Shown: positions 46,113 to 55,032 of the stretch, piece after piece
Layout of the letters: each line of letters opens with the position of its first letter
Numbering within the stretch: the stretch's first letter is position 1
NCBI GenBank assembly: GCA_028283145.1
Contig: JAPYNY010000066.1
Coordinates: forward strand, 2,171 to 66,170
DNA length: 64,000 nt
Source: Candidatus Hopanoidivorans cymbastelae
GTDB lineage: Bacteria; Actinomycetota; Acidimicrobiia; Acidimicrobiales; Hopanoidiivorantaceae
Direction of reading: 5' to 3'
Notes under the pieces: model-generated
Databases searched by the model: none
Told to the model about the DNA's origin: nothing
The model's input: the letters and a program-made list of their open reading frames with translations, nothing else
Position numbers and translations under genes: made by a program

Positions 46113-47048
46113 ATGTCTACCCTTCATTCATCCACAGAAACCTCAGCCAAATCTTGGAATTCCCAACTCGCATTGGATGAGCATCTGCTGGCTGGACAAA
46201 ACGAAGCCCATGTCGTTGCCGCCTGTGATGATTCAGAGCATGAGCAAGACAATTCAGCCGCCGTGCTGGATGATGTTTGCCTAGCTTTTGGCACCCAGGA
46301 GGTGCTGCATCGGGTAAGTGTCTCTTTCCGAAAAGGCACCACCACGGCCATAGTCGGGCCCAATGGGTCGGGTAAAACCTCCCTGTTGCGCATCGTGGCT
46401 GGCTTTACGCATCCAACTGTGGGCACGATCTGCTGGCATGATGTCGCCAATATTGCGATGGCTGAGCAAACTATCAGTGCCGACTTCTGGATGCCACTGA
46501 GGGTCAAGGATGTGCTTGTAATGGGACGCTACGTCACCACAGGGGCATTCAAGCGCCTCTCCAAGCAAGACCGACATACCATAGCTGAAGCAGCTCGGCG
46601 CATGGATGTGGGCGACCTGCTGAGCAGGCAAATTGGAGAATTGTCAGGAGGACAAAAGCGCCGAGTCCGCTTGGCGATGTGTTTGGCGCAACAAGCCGAC
46701 CTGTTGTTGCTGGATGAGCCGGAAAGCGGCTTGGACATAACCAGCCAGCAGAGGCTTTTTGCTGAAATTGACAAGGAGAGGCAGCGCGGGGCGGCTGTCG
46801 TCTTTACCACTCACACGCTGAGCGAAGCTGCCAGAAGCGATCAGGTTTTGCTGCTGAACCATGGGGCGGTAGTTCACGGGGCTGCCTCAGAAGTCTTGCA
46901 AGACGACAACCTGAACAAAGCCTTCGGCTTGGCCAGCACATCAGGCGATGCTAATCACCCTTGCGGCAATTGCATTTTTGGTAAATTGAATCATCTGGAA
47001 CCAAAATTGTTTGACAAACAAGGCCAGAAACCGCAATGGAGGTCTTAG
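46113..47048 (+). CDS. znuC: Metal ABC transporter ATP-binding protein (ZnuC-like)
   Basis: GPNGSGKTSLLR, LSGGQKRRVRLA, LLLLDEPESGLD. I moved the start to ATG 46113; the track start 45756 runs antisense through znuA. Confidence 0.8.
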   Translation: MSTLHSSTETSAKSWNSQLALDEHLLAGQNEAHVVAACDDSEHEQDNSAAVLDDVCLAFGTQEVLHRVSVSFRKGTTTAIVGPNGSGKTSLLRIVAGFTHPTVGTICWHDVANIAMAEQTISADFWMPLRVKDVLVMGRYVTTGAFKRLSKQDRHTIAEAARRMDVGDLLSRQIGELSGGQKRRVRLAMCLAQQADLLLLDEPESGLDITSQQRLFAEIDKERQRGAAVVFTTHTLSEAARSDQVLLLNHGAVVHGAASEVLQDDNLNKAFGLASTSGDANHPCGNCIFGKLNHLEPKLFDKQGQKPQWRS

Positions 47049-47965
47049 AAGCACAATGGGAATGGTGGTTCCAACCTTTCGTTAACCACACTCTGCTGCA
47101 AGAAGCCCTCTTTGCCAGCATGTTGACCGTCGTCAGCACCTCTTTGGTGGGTTCTTGGATAACCATCAGAGGCATGAGCTTTTTTGCAGAGACGCTTGGG
47201 CACGGCATTTTGCCTGGAGTGGCCGTGGCTGCTTTGGTCGGAGGCAGCACTCTGCTGGGAGCTGCAGCCTCAGCGGCAGCCGTGATTGTGCTGTTGTTCG
47301 TGGTGAGGCGCTACTCACCCTTGCCCAACGACATTGTCATTGGTCTTTTGTTTGTGAGCACCTTGGCTTTGGCTGTGCTCTTGTTGAGCCGCAGCCGAGA
47401 TGTTTTTATTGAACGATTTCTGTTCGGAAATGTGCTGGGGATTTCCTCCAGCGACATTCTCCAGCAGGGCGTTATCGCAGCGGTGATCTTCCTGTTGATG
47501 CTGTTGTTTTATCGTCCATTGATAGCTGCTTCTTACAATGCGGACGTAGCTGCTTTGCTGGGCTTCAACCCACGATTGGTGGAATTGGGTTTGCTGACCA
47601 TGTTGACTTTGGCTGTGGTAGCATCATTTAGAGTTGTGGGCAGCCTATTGGTGTTCGCCTTCTTGATCGCTCCTCCAGCGTCGGCGGCTTTACTGGCAAG
47701 ACGCGTCCAGACAATGATGTTTCTGGCGGTGGTCTTTGGAGCATTGTCGGTGTTTTTGGGATTAACCTTCAGTTATCACTGGGGGGTAGCTACCAGCGCG
47801 GCCATGGCGCTGTGTGCTGCAGGGATTTTCTTTGTGTGTCTGGTTGCGGTTTCGCTTTGGCATAAAATATCTCAAACCAGCACTGCCAAGCGAATGTCCC
47901 GAACGACCGTGTTTTTAGGCCAAGCAGAACCGGTAGCCTCAGAACAAGCAGCCCAGAAGCGGTAG
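47036..47965 (+). CDS. znuB: Metal ABC transporter permease (ABC-3/ZnuB-like)
   Basis: Polytopic 309 aa protein that overlaps the ATPase gene by 13 nt, as is typical for znuCB. Confidence 0.75.
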   Translation: MEVLEAQWEWWFQPFVNHTLLQEALFASMLTVVSTSLVGSWITIRGMSFFAETLGHGILPGVAVAALVGGSTLLGAAASAAAVIVLLFVVRRYSPLPNDIVIGLLFVSTLALAVLLLSRSRDVFIERFLFGNVLGISSSDILQQGVIAAVIFLLMLLFYRPLIAASYNADVAALLGFNPRLVELGLLTMLTLAVVASFRVVGSLLVFAFLIAPPASAALLARRVQTMMFLAVVFGALSVFLGLTFSYHWGVATSAAMALCAAGIFFVCLVAVSLWHKISQTSTAKRMSRTTVFLGQAEPVASEQAAQKR

Positions 47966-48042
47966 CCAAAAGAACGACAATTGGGGACTAGTTCTGTGTT
48001 AAAATGCGTAAATCCTTCTAGTCTTTATCCACAACCGAAAAA

Positions 48043-48888
48043 ATGACTGAATCAGACAAAGCACAAATCATAGCCCTGTTGAAGCAGGAGTGGGATGAAA
48101 TCGCCAAACTTTGCGCATCGCTCTCAGACGAACAGTGGCACACCCCAACTGAGTGCCCCGGCTGGTCGGTGAAAGACCAGATCAGCCACATCATCGGCAC
48201 CGAAAGAATGCTAGCGGGAGACCCCCTGCCCGATGTGGAAATTGGCAATCTCGCCCACATCAAAAATGACATCGCCGCCGCTAACGAAAAATGGGTTGAG
48301 CAGCGTCGCAGTTGGACTCCAGCCGAAGTGTTAGCTGAATTCAAGGAGATCACGGCCAAAAGAATAGGCATGCTGGAAGCCATGACACAGAAAGACTTTG
48401 ATGCTCCGTCTTGGACTCCCGCAGGCCAAGATACCTATGCCAGATTTATGAAAATCCGCCTTTTTGACTGTTGGACGCACGAGCAAGACATCCGCCAAGC
48501 CCTAGCTCAGCCAGGTAATGACTCAGGGGCCGTCATGGAAGAAGTCCTGCGCGAAGTGAGCCGCGCCATGGGTTTTGTAGTAGGCAAACTGGGAGGCGCC
48601 CCCGCTCATTCACGCATTGAATTCCGACTCAGCCCGGCAGCCTCTAGTGGGCCTGAAATTATGTTGCGAGTGGAGCGGCAAAGTGAAGACTCAAGAGCAG
48701 CTGTGGTGGAATCGTTCTCAGCCGGCGGCACGGCGACAGTTGCCATCGCCATGGACTTACCCTTGTTCTTCAGGCTCACAGCAGGGCGCGAAAGTTGCGA
48801 AACTGCCATTGCAGACAGCAGAGTGTCTATAAGTGGGGATGAAGAAACAGGCAAGCGCATTGCCAGCAACTTGGCGTATGTCTTTTAG
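48043..48888 (+). CDS. DinB/MDMPI_N (mycothiol-dependent maleylpyruvate isomerase-like, TIGR03083-type) protein
   Basis: WHTPTECPGWSVKDQISHIIG is the characteristic N-terminal metal-binding region of this actinobacterial family. Confidence 0.7.
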   Translation: MTESDKAQIIALLKQEWDEIAKLCASLSDEQWHTPTECPGWSVKDQISHIIGTERMLAGDPLPDVEIGNLAHIKNDIAAANEKWVEQRRSWTPAEVLAEFKEITAKRIGMLEAMTQKDFDAPSWTPAGQDTYARFMKIRLFDCWTHEQDIRQALAQPGNDSGAVMEEVLREVSRAMGFVVGKLGGAPAHSRIEFRLSPAASSGPEIMLRVERQSEDSRAAVVESFSAGGTATVAIAMDLPLFFRLTAGRESCETAIADSRVSISGDEETGKRIASNLAYVF

Positions 48889-48996
48889 GCTGTTTTCTTC
48901 TCTTGGTCTGCTTCTGTCCTGTAGCACACTTGCTTTGTGCCAAGGCAGCCAAGTTAAATTTCAGCGAAATCGAGCTTTATTTTAGAAACTAGGAAG

Positions 48997-49473
48997 TTGG
49001 TTGAAAGGCAAGTGGTTTTGACAAAACTTGGGTTCAATCAAGGAAGAACCAGAAAGGATCAAACCAGACAGCGGTTACTTGGCAACCGGCGACTACATTT
49101 GTTTGTATCGGGGTTGATAGCGGTCGGGGTGCTTTTCGTTGCTAGTTGCTCCGGCTCAGATGAAGAACCGATGCCAACTACCACTACTACTACCACGTCC
49201 ACTACCATTGCTGAGACAACAACCACTATCCCACCTACAACTACAGAACCACCACCTAGCACAACGACTACCACTCCACCGACAACCATCAGTGTCGCTC
49301 CGGGGATGCGGCCACCACCAATCCAACTGCCACCAACGACAACCACTACAACTACCACTGCGCCACCTCAAAGCATTACGATACCAAGCATAGACTTGCA
49401 GCCTCCTGAAGAACCATTGGATGACATTCCACCTCCCCCGCCTTTGCCTATCCCAGGCTACTCGCTGCTCTAG
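48997..49473 (+). CDS. Thr/Pro-rich predicted lipoprotein without a recognisable globular domain
   Basis: Signal peptide plus lipobox LFVASC, followed by poly-Thr/Pro. It ends one frame off from the next gene (see findings). Confidence 0.45.
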   Translation: MVERQVVLTKLGFNQGRTRKDQTRQRLLGNRRLHLFVSGLIAVGVLFVASCSGSDEEPMPTTTTTTTSTTIAETTTTIPPTTTEPPPSTTTTTPPTTISVAPGMRPPPIQLPPTTTTTTTTAPPQSITIPSIDLQPPEEPLDDIPPPPPLPIPGYSLL

Positions 49474-49475
49474 CA

Positions 49476-50378
49476 GTGCTTTGCTTGGCTGCCGCAGCCT
49501 GTGGCGGCGGTGACTCAGATAGTTCTACTGACACTGCTGCGGTTCAGGATCCCCCCGAGCAGACCGACAACGGCTCAGACGCTCAAAACCCAGATAGTCC
49601 CCCACTCAATAATGAAAACCCAACTGGTGCTGAAACTGATCCTCCGACCACCACCCAGCCCCAGCCACCAACAACCACCACCACAACAACAACAACTACC
49701 ACGACCGCGCCGCCGCCACCCACAACAACAACCACAACGACAACAACTACCACCACTACCGCTCCGATAACAACAACTACCACAAGAATTACAACCCACT
49801 CAGTACTACTGCCACCGCTGCCCACAACCACAACAACAACGACCACAGCACCACCGTCGCCGCCACCCACAACCACCACCACAACGACAACCACAACTAC
49901 TACTACCACCACCACAACCACAACTACCACCACGACCACAGCACCACCCCAAATCATTTATGATTCTGTTTTGCCAAATGTTGATGTTGTCAGAGTTTCA
50001 ACCGGCGAGACAGTCAACCTCGCATCTTTGGCGCCTGCCAGCACCCCGCTGATTATCTGGTTCTGGGCTCCTCATTGACCGACTTGCCGTCGGGAAGGCC
50101 CCGACATTGAGCAGTTCGCTCAAGAACACCAAAACATAGTCCAAGTCATCGGCCTAGGCACCCAAGACGACTATGGCTACGCCCAAAACTTCATAGAGGC
50201 AACCGGCACAAACACCCCCGACATGCTCTGGGACGAAAGTTCCAGCTCATGGATATCTTTAGGAGTCAGAGGCCAGCCTGCATGGATGCTGCTAGACCAA
50301 TACGGTCAAATCCTCATTGACAGCAGATTCGGAAGTCTGGACGAAGACTTGATTTTGGAAACCTTGGGAGATCTCTGA
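49476..50378 (+). CDS. TlpA/ResA-like thioredoxin-fold protein, candidate selenoprotein copy 1 (TGA 50076-50078 read as Sec); N-terminus defective or frameshifted
   Basis: The track ORF stops at WFWAPH-TGA. The same frame continues PTCRREGPDIEQF...GQPAWMLLDQYGQILIDS.. for 99 codons to TGA 50376-50378, completing a redoxin fold. Only 8 aa precede the lipobox Cys from the GTG start, so the signal peptide is incomplete. Confidence 0.45.
50079..50123 (+). promoter_or_regulatory. Candidate bacterial SECIS region (two hairpins after the UGA); identical copy at 51105-51149
   Basis: Hairpin 1: CCGAC-UUGCC-GUCGG directly after the UGA (50079-50093). Hairpin 2: UUGAGC-AGUUC-GCUCAA at 50107-50123, which is 29 nt after the UGA with a G in the second loop position. 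The two copies are identical, so there is no covariation support. Confidence 0.3.
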
Positions 50379-50579
50379 CGCCAGCCCGCAGCTTGCCCAG
50401 CAGCTCTTGCCACTGACATCAAACCAATAACCCAATCTAGGCAAGCATTCAGGGAAATTAGCTTTTTAAAGATTTTGCAAAGATGCATCTTTTATTCATT
50501 ATTTTGGAAAATAGGAAGTTAGGTTGATGACATTCCACCTCCCCTTACATAGGCCTAAACTAAAACAGCAATAGAGTGT

Positions 50580-51404
50580 ATGAAGCCTAATTCAAACCCA
50601 CAGACCAGTCCCAAAACTAGTGCGCCAAAACGGCCCAGACAACTGCCAAGACCAGTTGCCTGGAAGTTGCTCGCTGCACTGGCAGTGCTTTGCTTGGCTG
50701 CCGTAGCTTGCGGCGGCGATTCCGGTAATTCCGCAAGTAATGTTTCAGTTCAAAATCCCCCCAGCCAGACTGGCGATGACACAGACACGGATGACGACAC
50801 TCAGTCGCCGACCAACGAATCGCCCACTCCAACCAATAGCGCCTCGCAAAATCCCGGCAGCACCGACCAAAACCCAGACAGTCATTCACCCAGCCCAGCA
50901 AATCCAACTGACCCTGAAACCACCCCTCCAACTACGGCTGCTGGACAAACCGGGCAGCCAACACCAACTACCGCCCAAATCACTTATGATTCTGTTTTAC
51001 CAGATGTTAATGTTCTGAGAGTTTCAACCGGCGAGACAGTCAACCTCGCGTCCCTGGCGCCTGCCAGCACCCCGCTGATTATCTGGTTCTGGGCTCCCCA
51101 TTGACCGACTTGCCGTCGGGAAGGCCCCGACATTGAGCAGTTCGCTCAAGAACACCAAAACATAGTCCAAGTCATCGGCCTAGGCACCCAAGACAGCTAT
51201 GGCTTCGCCCAAAACTTCGTAGAGGCAACCGGTACAAACACCCCCGACATGCTCTGGGATGAAGGCTCCAGTTCTTGGAGGGCTTTGGGAGTCAGAGGCC
51301 AGCCTGCATGGATGCTGCTAGACCAATACGGTCAAATCCTCATTGACGGCAGATTCGGAAGTCTGGACGAAGACTTGGTCTTGAAAACCTTAGGAGCCTT
51401 TTAG
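50580..51404 (+). CDS. TlpA/ResA-like thiol:disulfide oxidoreductase lipoprotein, candidate selenoprotein copy 2 (TGA 51102-51104 read as Sec)
   Basis: Complete signal peptide (KLLAALAVLCLAAVAC), Pro/Thr/Ser linker, then LIIWFWAPH-TGA-PTCRREGP. The frame stays open for 99 codons to TAG 51402-51404. The TGA sits at the position of the first Cys of the FWAxWCxxC redoxin motif. Confidence 0.6.
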
Positions 51405-51420
51405 AGTTCTGGCCGGTGCT

Positions 51421-52527
51421 CTAGCCCAAAGGCACAAAAGGCGGCTTCACAACTTCAGCGGGCAACTGCCTGTCAGACACCATCACCACAGACCCAAGGT
51501 CTACCCCAGCTTGCAACAGTGCCAAGGCAATGCCTCGCTCCAAAATCGGAGAATAGCCCCCACTGGTAATTCTGCCAACCTCTTCTTCTTCAAACCAGAC
51601 TGCCTGCCCATCCCGCAACGGGCGGCGACCTTGCGCTACCAACCCCAACAGATGCTGGGCCACGCCCGCCTCCTTTTGTGCTAACAGAACTTGGCTGCCC
51701 CGAAAAGCATTTTTTTTCCAGCCCACAACCCAGCCTAAACGTGCATTCAACGGGGTAATCCCTGGACCTAAATCATGCCCGTGGAGCGCAAGGCCAGCTT
51801 CCAGTCGCAACAGGTCTCTCGCACCTAGTCCAGCCGGCTCAAATCCCAAAGACAGCACTTGCTCCCAAAATTCTTCCGCCACCACAGCTGGGACTTCACA
51901 CTCAACTCCATCTTCACCTGTATAGCCAGTACCAGCCACAAAGCACCGAACGCCTGAAAACTCAAATGTCTCAACCGCAAACCTGCCAACATCGGCTGCT
52001 CTTTCAGACAAGCTAGCCAAGTGTTGTCTGGCTCGGGGGCCCTGCAGAGCTATCAGAGCTCTGTTCTGTGTGACATTTTCCACCTGAACTTGCCAAGCGC
52101 CAGCCCCTGCTACACCTGCCTGTGCAGCTTCAGCGGAACTTTTGCGCAGAACCTCAGCTACAGTTTCGGTGTTGGATGCATTGGGCAAGACTCTGAAGCT
52201 GCCATCGCCCACCCACCAAACGATAATGTCGTCCATCACCCAAGCATCAGTTGGGTCTAGCAGATGGGTATATTGCGCTTTGCCTGGCGAAATGCGACTC
52301 AAGTCGTTGCTGAAACACCACTGGAGTGCATCAAATACCCCCTCCCCTGAAACCTCCAAAGTCCCCAGGTGGCTGACATCAAAAGCTGCGGCGTCTTGGC
52401 GACAAGCTTGGTGCTCTGCTAGTGTGCCAGAGTTATAGCTGAGCGGAAGCTCCCAGCCGGCAAAATCCGCTAACTTGGCACCACCAGCCAAGTGCCGTTC
52501 ATGCAGCGGGGAGTGCTTGAGTGCCAC
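51421..52527 (-). CDS. gcvT: Glycine cleavage system aminomethyltransferase T
   Basis: N-terminus SPLHERHLAGGAKLADFAGWELPLSY and overall GcvT length (368 aa). Confidence 0.9.
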   Translation of the reverse strand: MALKHSPLHERHLAGGAKLADFAGWELPLSYNSGTLAEHQACRQDAAAFDVSHLGTLEVSGEGVFDALQWCFSNDLSRISPGKAQYTHLLDPTDAWVMDDIIVWWVGDGSFRVLPNASNTETVAEVLRKSSAEAAQAGVAGAGAWQVQVENVTQNRALIALQGPRARQHLASLSERAADVGRFAVETFEFSGVRCFVAGTGYTGEDGVECEVPAVVAEEFWEQVLSLGFEPAGLGARDLLRLEAGLALHGHDLGPGITPLNARLGWVVGWKKNAFRGSQVLLAQKEAGVAQHLLGLVAQGRRPLRDGQAVWFEEEEVGRITSGGYSPILERGIALALLQAGVDLGSVVMVSDRQLPAEVVKPPFVPLG

Positions 52528-52529
52528 TA

Positions 52530-53132
52530 TCAGCCTTGGGCCACTTGCTGTTGTCGCTCCGCCGACTGCTTTGGCTCCGACTGGTCTGGCTCGCTGGCTC
52601 GGCTGGCGGCTTCGGCTGAGAATATCTCCACAATTTTGCCGTCCAACTCCTGAAGAATAGTGGGAACGCCAACAACATTAAGCACGCCTTGACCCTGCTT
52701 CACCAAGTCCAGTATCTCCTGGTCATCCCGAGCATACCGCACCTGCTGGTCATCAATAATCAAATTAGCTGTCTGGATGTTGTCCCCCAGCCGCTCAATG
52801 TAAGAAAAAATCTTGACCACTGCATCAAAGTCAACGCCACCGTCAAGCAGTCTTTTGGCCACTTTTAACCGGAGCAAATCCTGATACGAATACAACCTTC
52901 TGCTGCCGCTACCCTTGGCTTTTCTGGCTGACGGCTTGATGAAATTCTTTTTGTCCCAGTGGTCTAGCTGGCGGTAGGTTATGCCTATTATTTTGATCAC
53001 CTGCATGCTGGTGTAGCCAGTGCCTTCAGATATTGAACTGACTTGATTGTCAGTTGCCTCAGATGAGACTGGAAGTTCAAAACCAGTCAGCCGTTCTTGG
53101 ACACCTTGATGATAGTTGTTTGCTAGAGACAT
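52530..53132 (-). CDS. MerR family transcriptional regulator
   Basis: HTH YTSMQVIKIIGITYRQLDHWDKK. I moved the start to ATG 53132. Confidence 0.75.
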   Translation of the reverse strand: MSLANNYHQGVQERLTGFELPVSSEATDNQVSSISEGTGYTSMQVIKIIGITYRQLDHWDKKNFIKPSARKAKGSGSRRLYSYQDLLRLKVAKRLLDGGVDFDAVVKIFSYIERLGDNIQTANLIIDDQQVRYARDDQEILDLVKQGQGVLNVVGVPTILQELDGKIVEIFSAEAASRASEPDQSEPKQSAERQQQVAQG

Positions 53133-53390
53133 CTGCTTTTTCCCTTTCTCTAGAAGACAGATTGAAACCAACCGTGGATGCTGGCGACAAGCATCCAAGT
53201 TACATCTATGTAGGTTAGCACTATCCAAGTTAGGTATGCAAGAGAAAATTTCCCAGAAATCTTGCCCGCTGGAAAATTGTTAAGAGGAGAATTGTAAGAC
53301 TTAGTGCTGCTCTACAGGAGGTGCTGCCCCGCAGCAGGCAGACGGCAGGGTTTGATCCCTAAAGCCCTAAGCCCTCAGAAGCCTTAAGCC

Positions 53391-53933
53391 CTATGACGAC
53401 TCGAAATCATCAGCCGATACGTTGGCCAGGAAATTCTTGAACTCTTCTATCACTTCTTCAGGTGGCTGGTCGGCTTCTTCCATCTCTTCATCCCCGCCTT
53501 CCAAGTTGTCATCGTCCTCTGAATCAAATTGCGGAATGAAGCCGGCTTCGTCTAAAACTTTGTCTATAGCAAAAATCGGCACATCAAATCTGACTGCCAA
53601 GGCAATTGCGTCAGACGGGCGCGAAGAAATCCTGACCGCCTTTTCTTGAGCTTGAAATACAAGATCGGCAAAGAAAGTTTTGTCCTCTAAGTCAACAATT
53701 TCCACCTTCACAAGCTCAAGGTCGGTCTCAGACAGAATGTTTCGGATCAGGTCGTGAGTCATCGGACGGGACGGCTCAACACCCTCTTGAGCCAGCGCAA
53801 TTGACAGGGCTTCAGGCTTGCCAATAAAAATGGGCAGAATTCGCTCTTCGTCCTCAAGCTCCCTGAGCAACAAGACAGGGATGCCACCCATAGCGACATG
53901 TTCGCGGAGTCCTATAAGTTCCATTTCCTTCAT
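53391..53933 (-). CDS. Bifunctional nuclease family protein (DUF151)
   Basis: PVLLLRELEDEERILPIFIGKPEALSIALA..RPMTHDL is the DUF151 signature. It has an acidic C-terminal tail. Confidence 0.8.
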   Translation of the reverse strand: MKEMELIGLREHVAMGGIPVLLLRELEDEERILPIFIGKPEALSIALAQEGVEPSRPMTHDLIRNILSETDLELVKVEIVDLEDKTFFADLVFQAQEKAVRISSRPSDAIALAVRFDVPIFAIDKVLDEAGFIPQFDSEDDDNLEGGDEEMEEADQPPEEVIEEFKNFLANVSADDFESS

Positions 53934-53962
53934 AATCGGTCCTCTGTTTCAATTATAGCACT

Positions 53963-54892
53963 TCAGTTAGGCTCGTTCAGCAGGCGCTTAAGCAAAATCT
54001 GTTGAAGTTCGCCGCCCAGCTCAACTATACGAGTTAGCTTTTGCAGCCCCTCTTGGCGCGTTTGGGGGTTTTTGCGGGCCAGAATCGGCCGGGCTAACTG
54101 CTGGGCTAAATCAGCCTCACGCTCCGCTGCCAGCGCATAAATGCGCAAATGCCTTGGCTCCAGACCAAGAGGCAGCATCTCCTTGGCTAACTGAGCCACA
54201 TCCAAGTCATATCGGTTGTATCCCCGCCTTCTGGAAGCCCTGTTGAACAGCTTGAATTCCTCTAACTGTCGCAACTGAGAGGTGCTCAAGCCGCTTTGTT
54301 GCATAAAGTTTTCCAAACTCAACATCTCTTCGGCCTGCCCAGACTTCTGGTCTGCTTGCCCACCTCCCTTTTCAGCCTGCCTGCCCCTCTTGCCTGCTTG
54401 CCTGCCCCCCTGGAGCAATGTTGTGTCTTCAATTCGCGCTCTTGTGTCCGACCGGGTGCGTCTGAAGGCAGTTGAATCTCTTGCGGCCACAGTTTTTTCA
54501 GATGTGGCTTTCGTTAAAACTTCTCCTGATGCAGCAGATGTCGCCAAAGCCGAGGCGGTCTTGCCGCCCGATGCCCTCGATGCAGAGCCGCTGCCGCTTG
54601 CACTCCTTGGCTTGGCTGCAATGACAACTGATGGTTGTTCTCCCTTCCACTCCCCTGATTCCAACTGTTCCTGAATCACCTTCAAGGGCAGAAACTTTTG
54701 CTGCTGCTTCAAGACCCAATGCAGCTGGTCTATGTCTATTTGCCTAAATCTTCGATAGCCGGATTGGCTGCGATTGAGATTTAAAATGCCGATTCTGTCT
54801 AGGTATCTGACTTTGGAAACCGTGACGTCTGGAAACTCACGCTGCAAACTCTCCACAACCTGACTTATCAGGTAATACTTCTCCTCAACCAC
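53963..54892 (-). CDS. MerR family transcriptional regulator (two MerR-like modules separated by a low-complexity linker)
   Basis: N-terminal YLISQVVESLQREFPDVTVSKVRYLDRIGIL and a second HTH-like segment near aa 195-240. Confidence 0.7.
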   Translation of the reverse strand: MVEEKYYLISQVVESLQREFPDVTVSKVRYLDRIGILNLNRSQSGYRRFRQIDIDQLHWVLKQQQKFLPLKVIQEQLESGEWKGEQPSVVIAAKPRSASGSGSASRASGGKTASALATSAASGEVLTKATSEKTVAARDSTAFRRTRSDTRARIEDTTLLQGGRQAGKRGRQAEKGGGQADQKSGQAEEMLSLENFMQQSGLSTSQLRQLEEFKLFNRASRRRGYNRYDLDVAQLAKEMLPLGLEPRHLRIYALAAEREADLAQQLARPILARKNPQTRQEGLQKLTRIVELGGELQQILLKRLLNEPN

Positions 54893-55032
54893 GAAAGGCT
54901 AACCAACTACCCAGCCAGGCCTCTTGGCCCCGCCATAAATCCACTTTGTTTTGTGGCCAATTTGCCCGCAAGCCCGCTTGCCCCCTGTCGCCAAATTTAC
55001 CGCAAGCCTGCCTGCCCCTGTCATCAATACCA

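Noticed and set aside
49583-49957. 124-aa poly-Val/Gly ORF, plus other ORFs antisense or out of frame to the poly-Thr linkers (49059-49358, 49156-49371, 49501-49770, 49575-49799).
   Set aside because: These are shadow frames of ACN-rich codon repeats: low complexity, no start context, and fully overlapped by the better-supported lipoprotein genes.
49139-50000. Periodic ACC/ACA repeats considered as a CRISPR array or minisatellite.
   Set aside because: There is no repeat-spacer architecture. The periodicity is 3 nt and in frame with Thr/Pro-rich coding sequence.
50076-51104. TGA read as Trp (genetic code 4) or as a generally suppressed stop, instead of Sec.
   Set aside because: Many well-supported genes in the window terminate at TGA at family-typical lengths (for example 5570, 7120 and 50378). 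Trp would also destroy the CxxC redox motif, whereas Sec preserves its chemistry.
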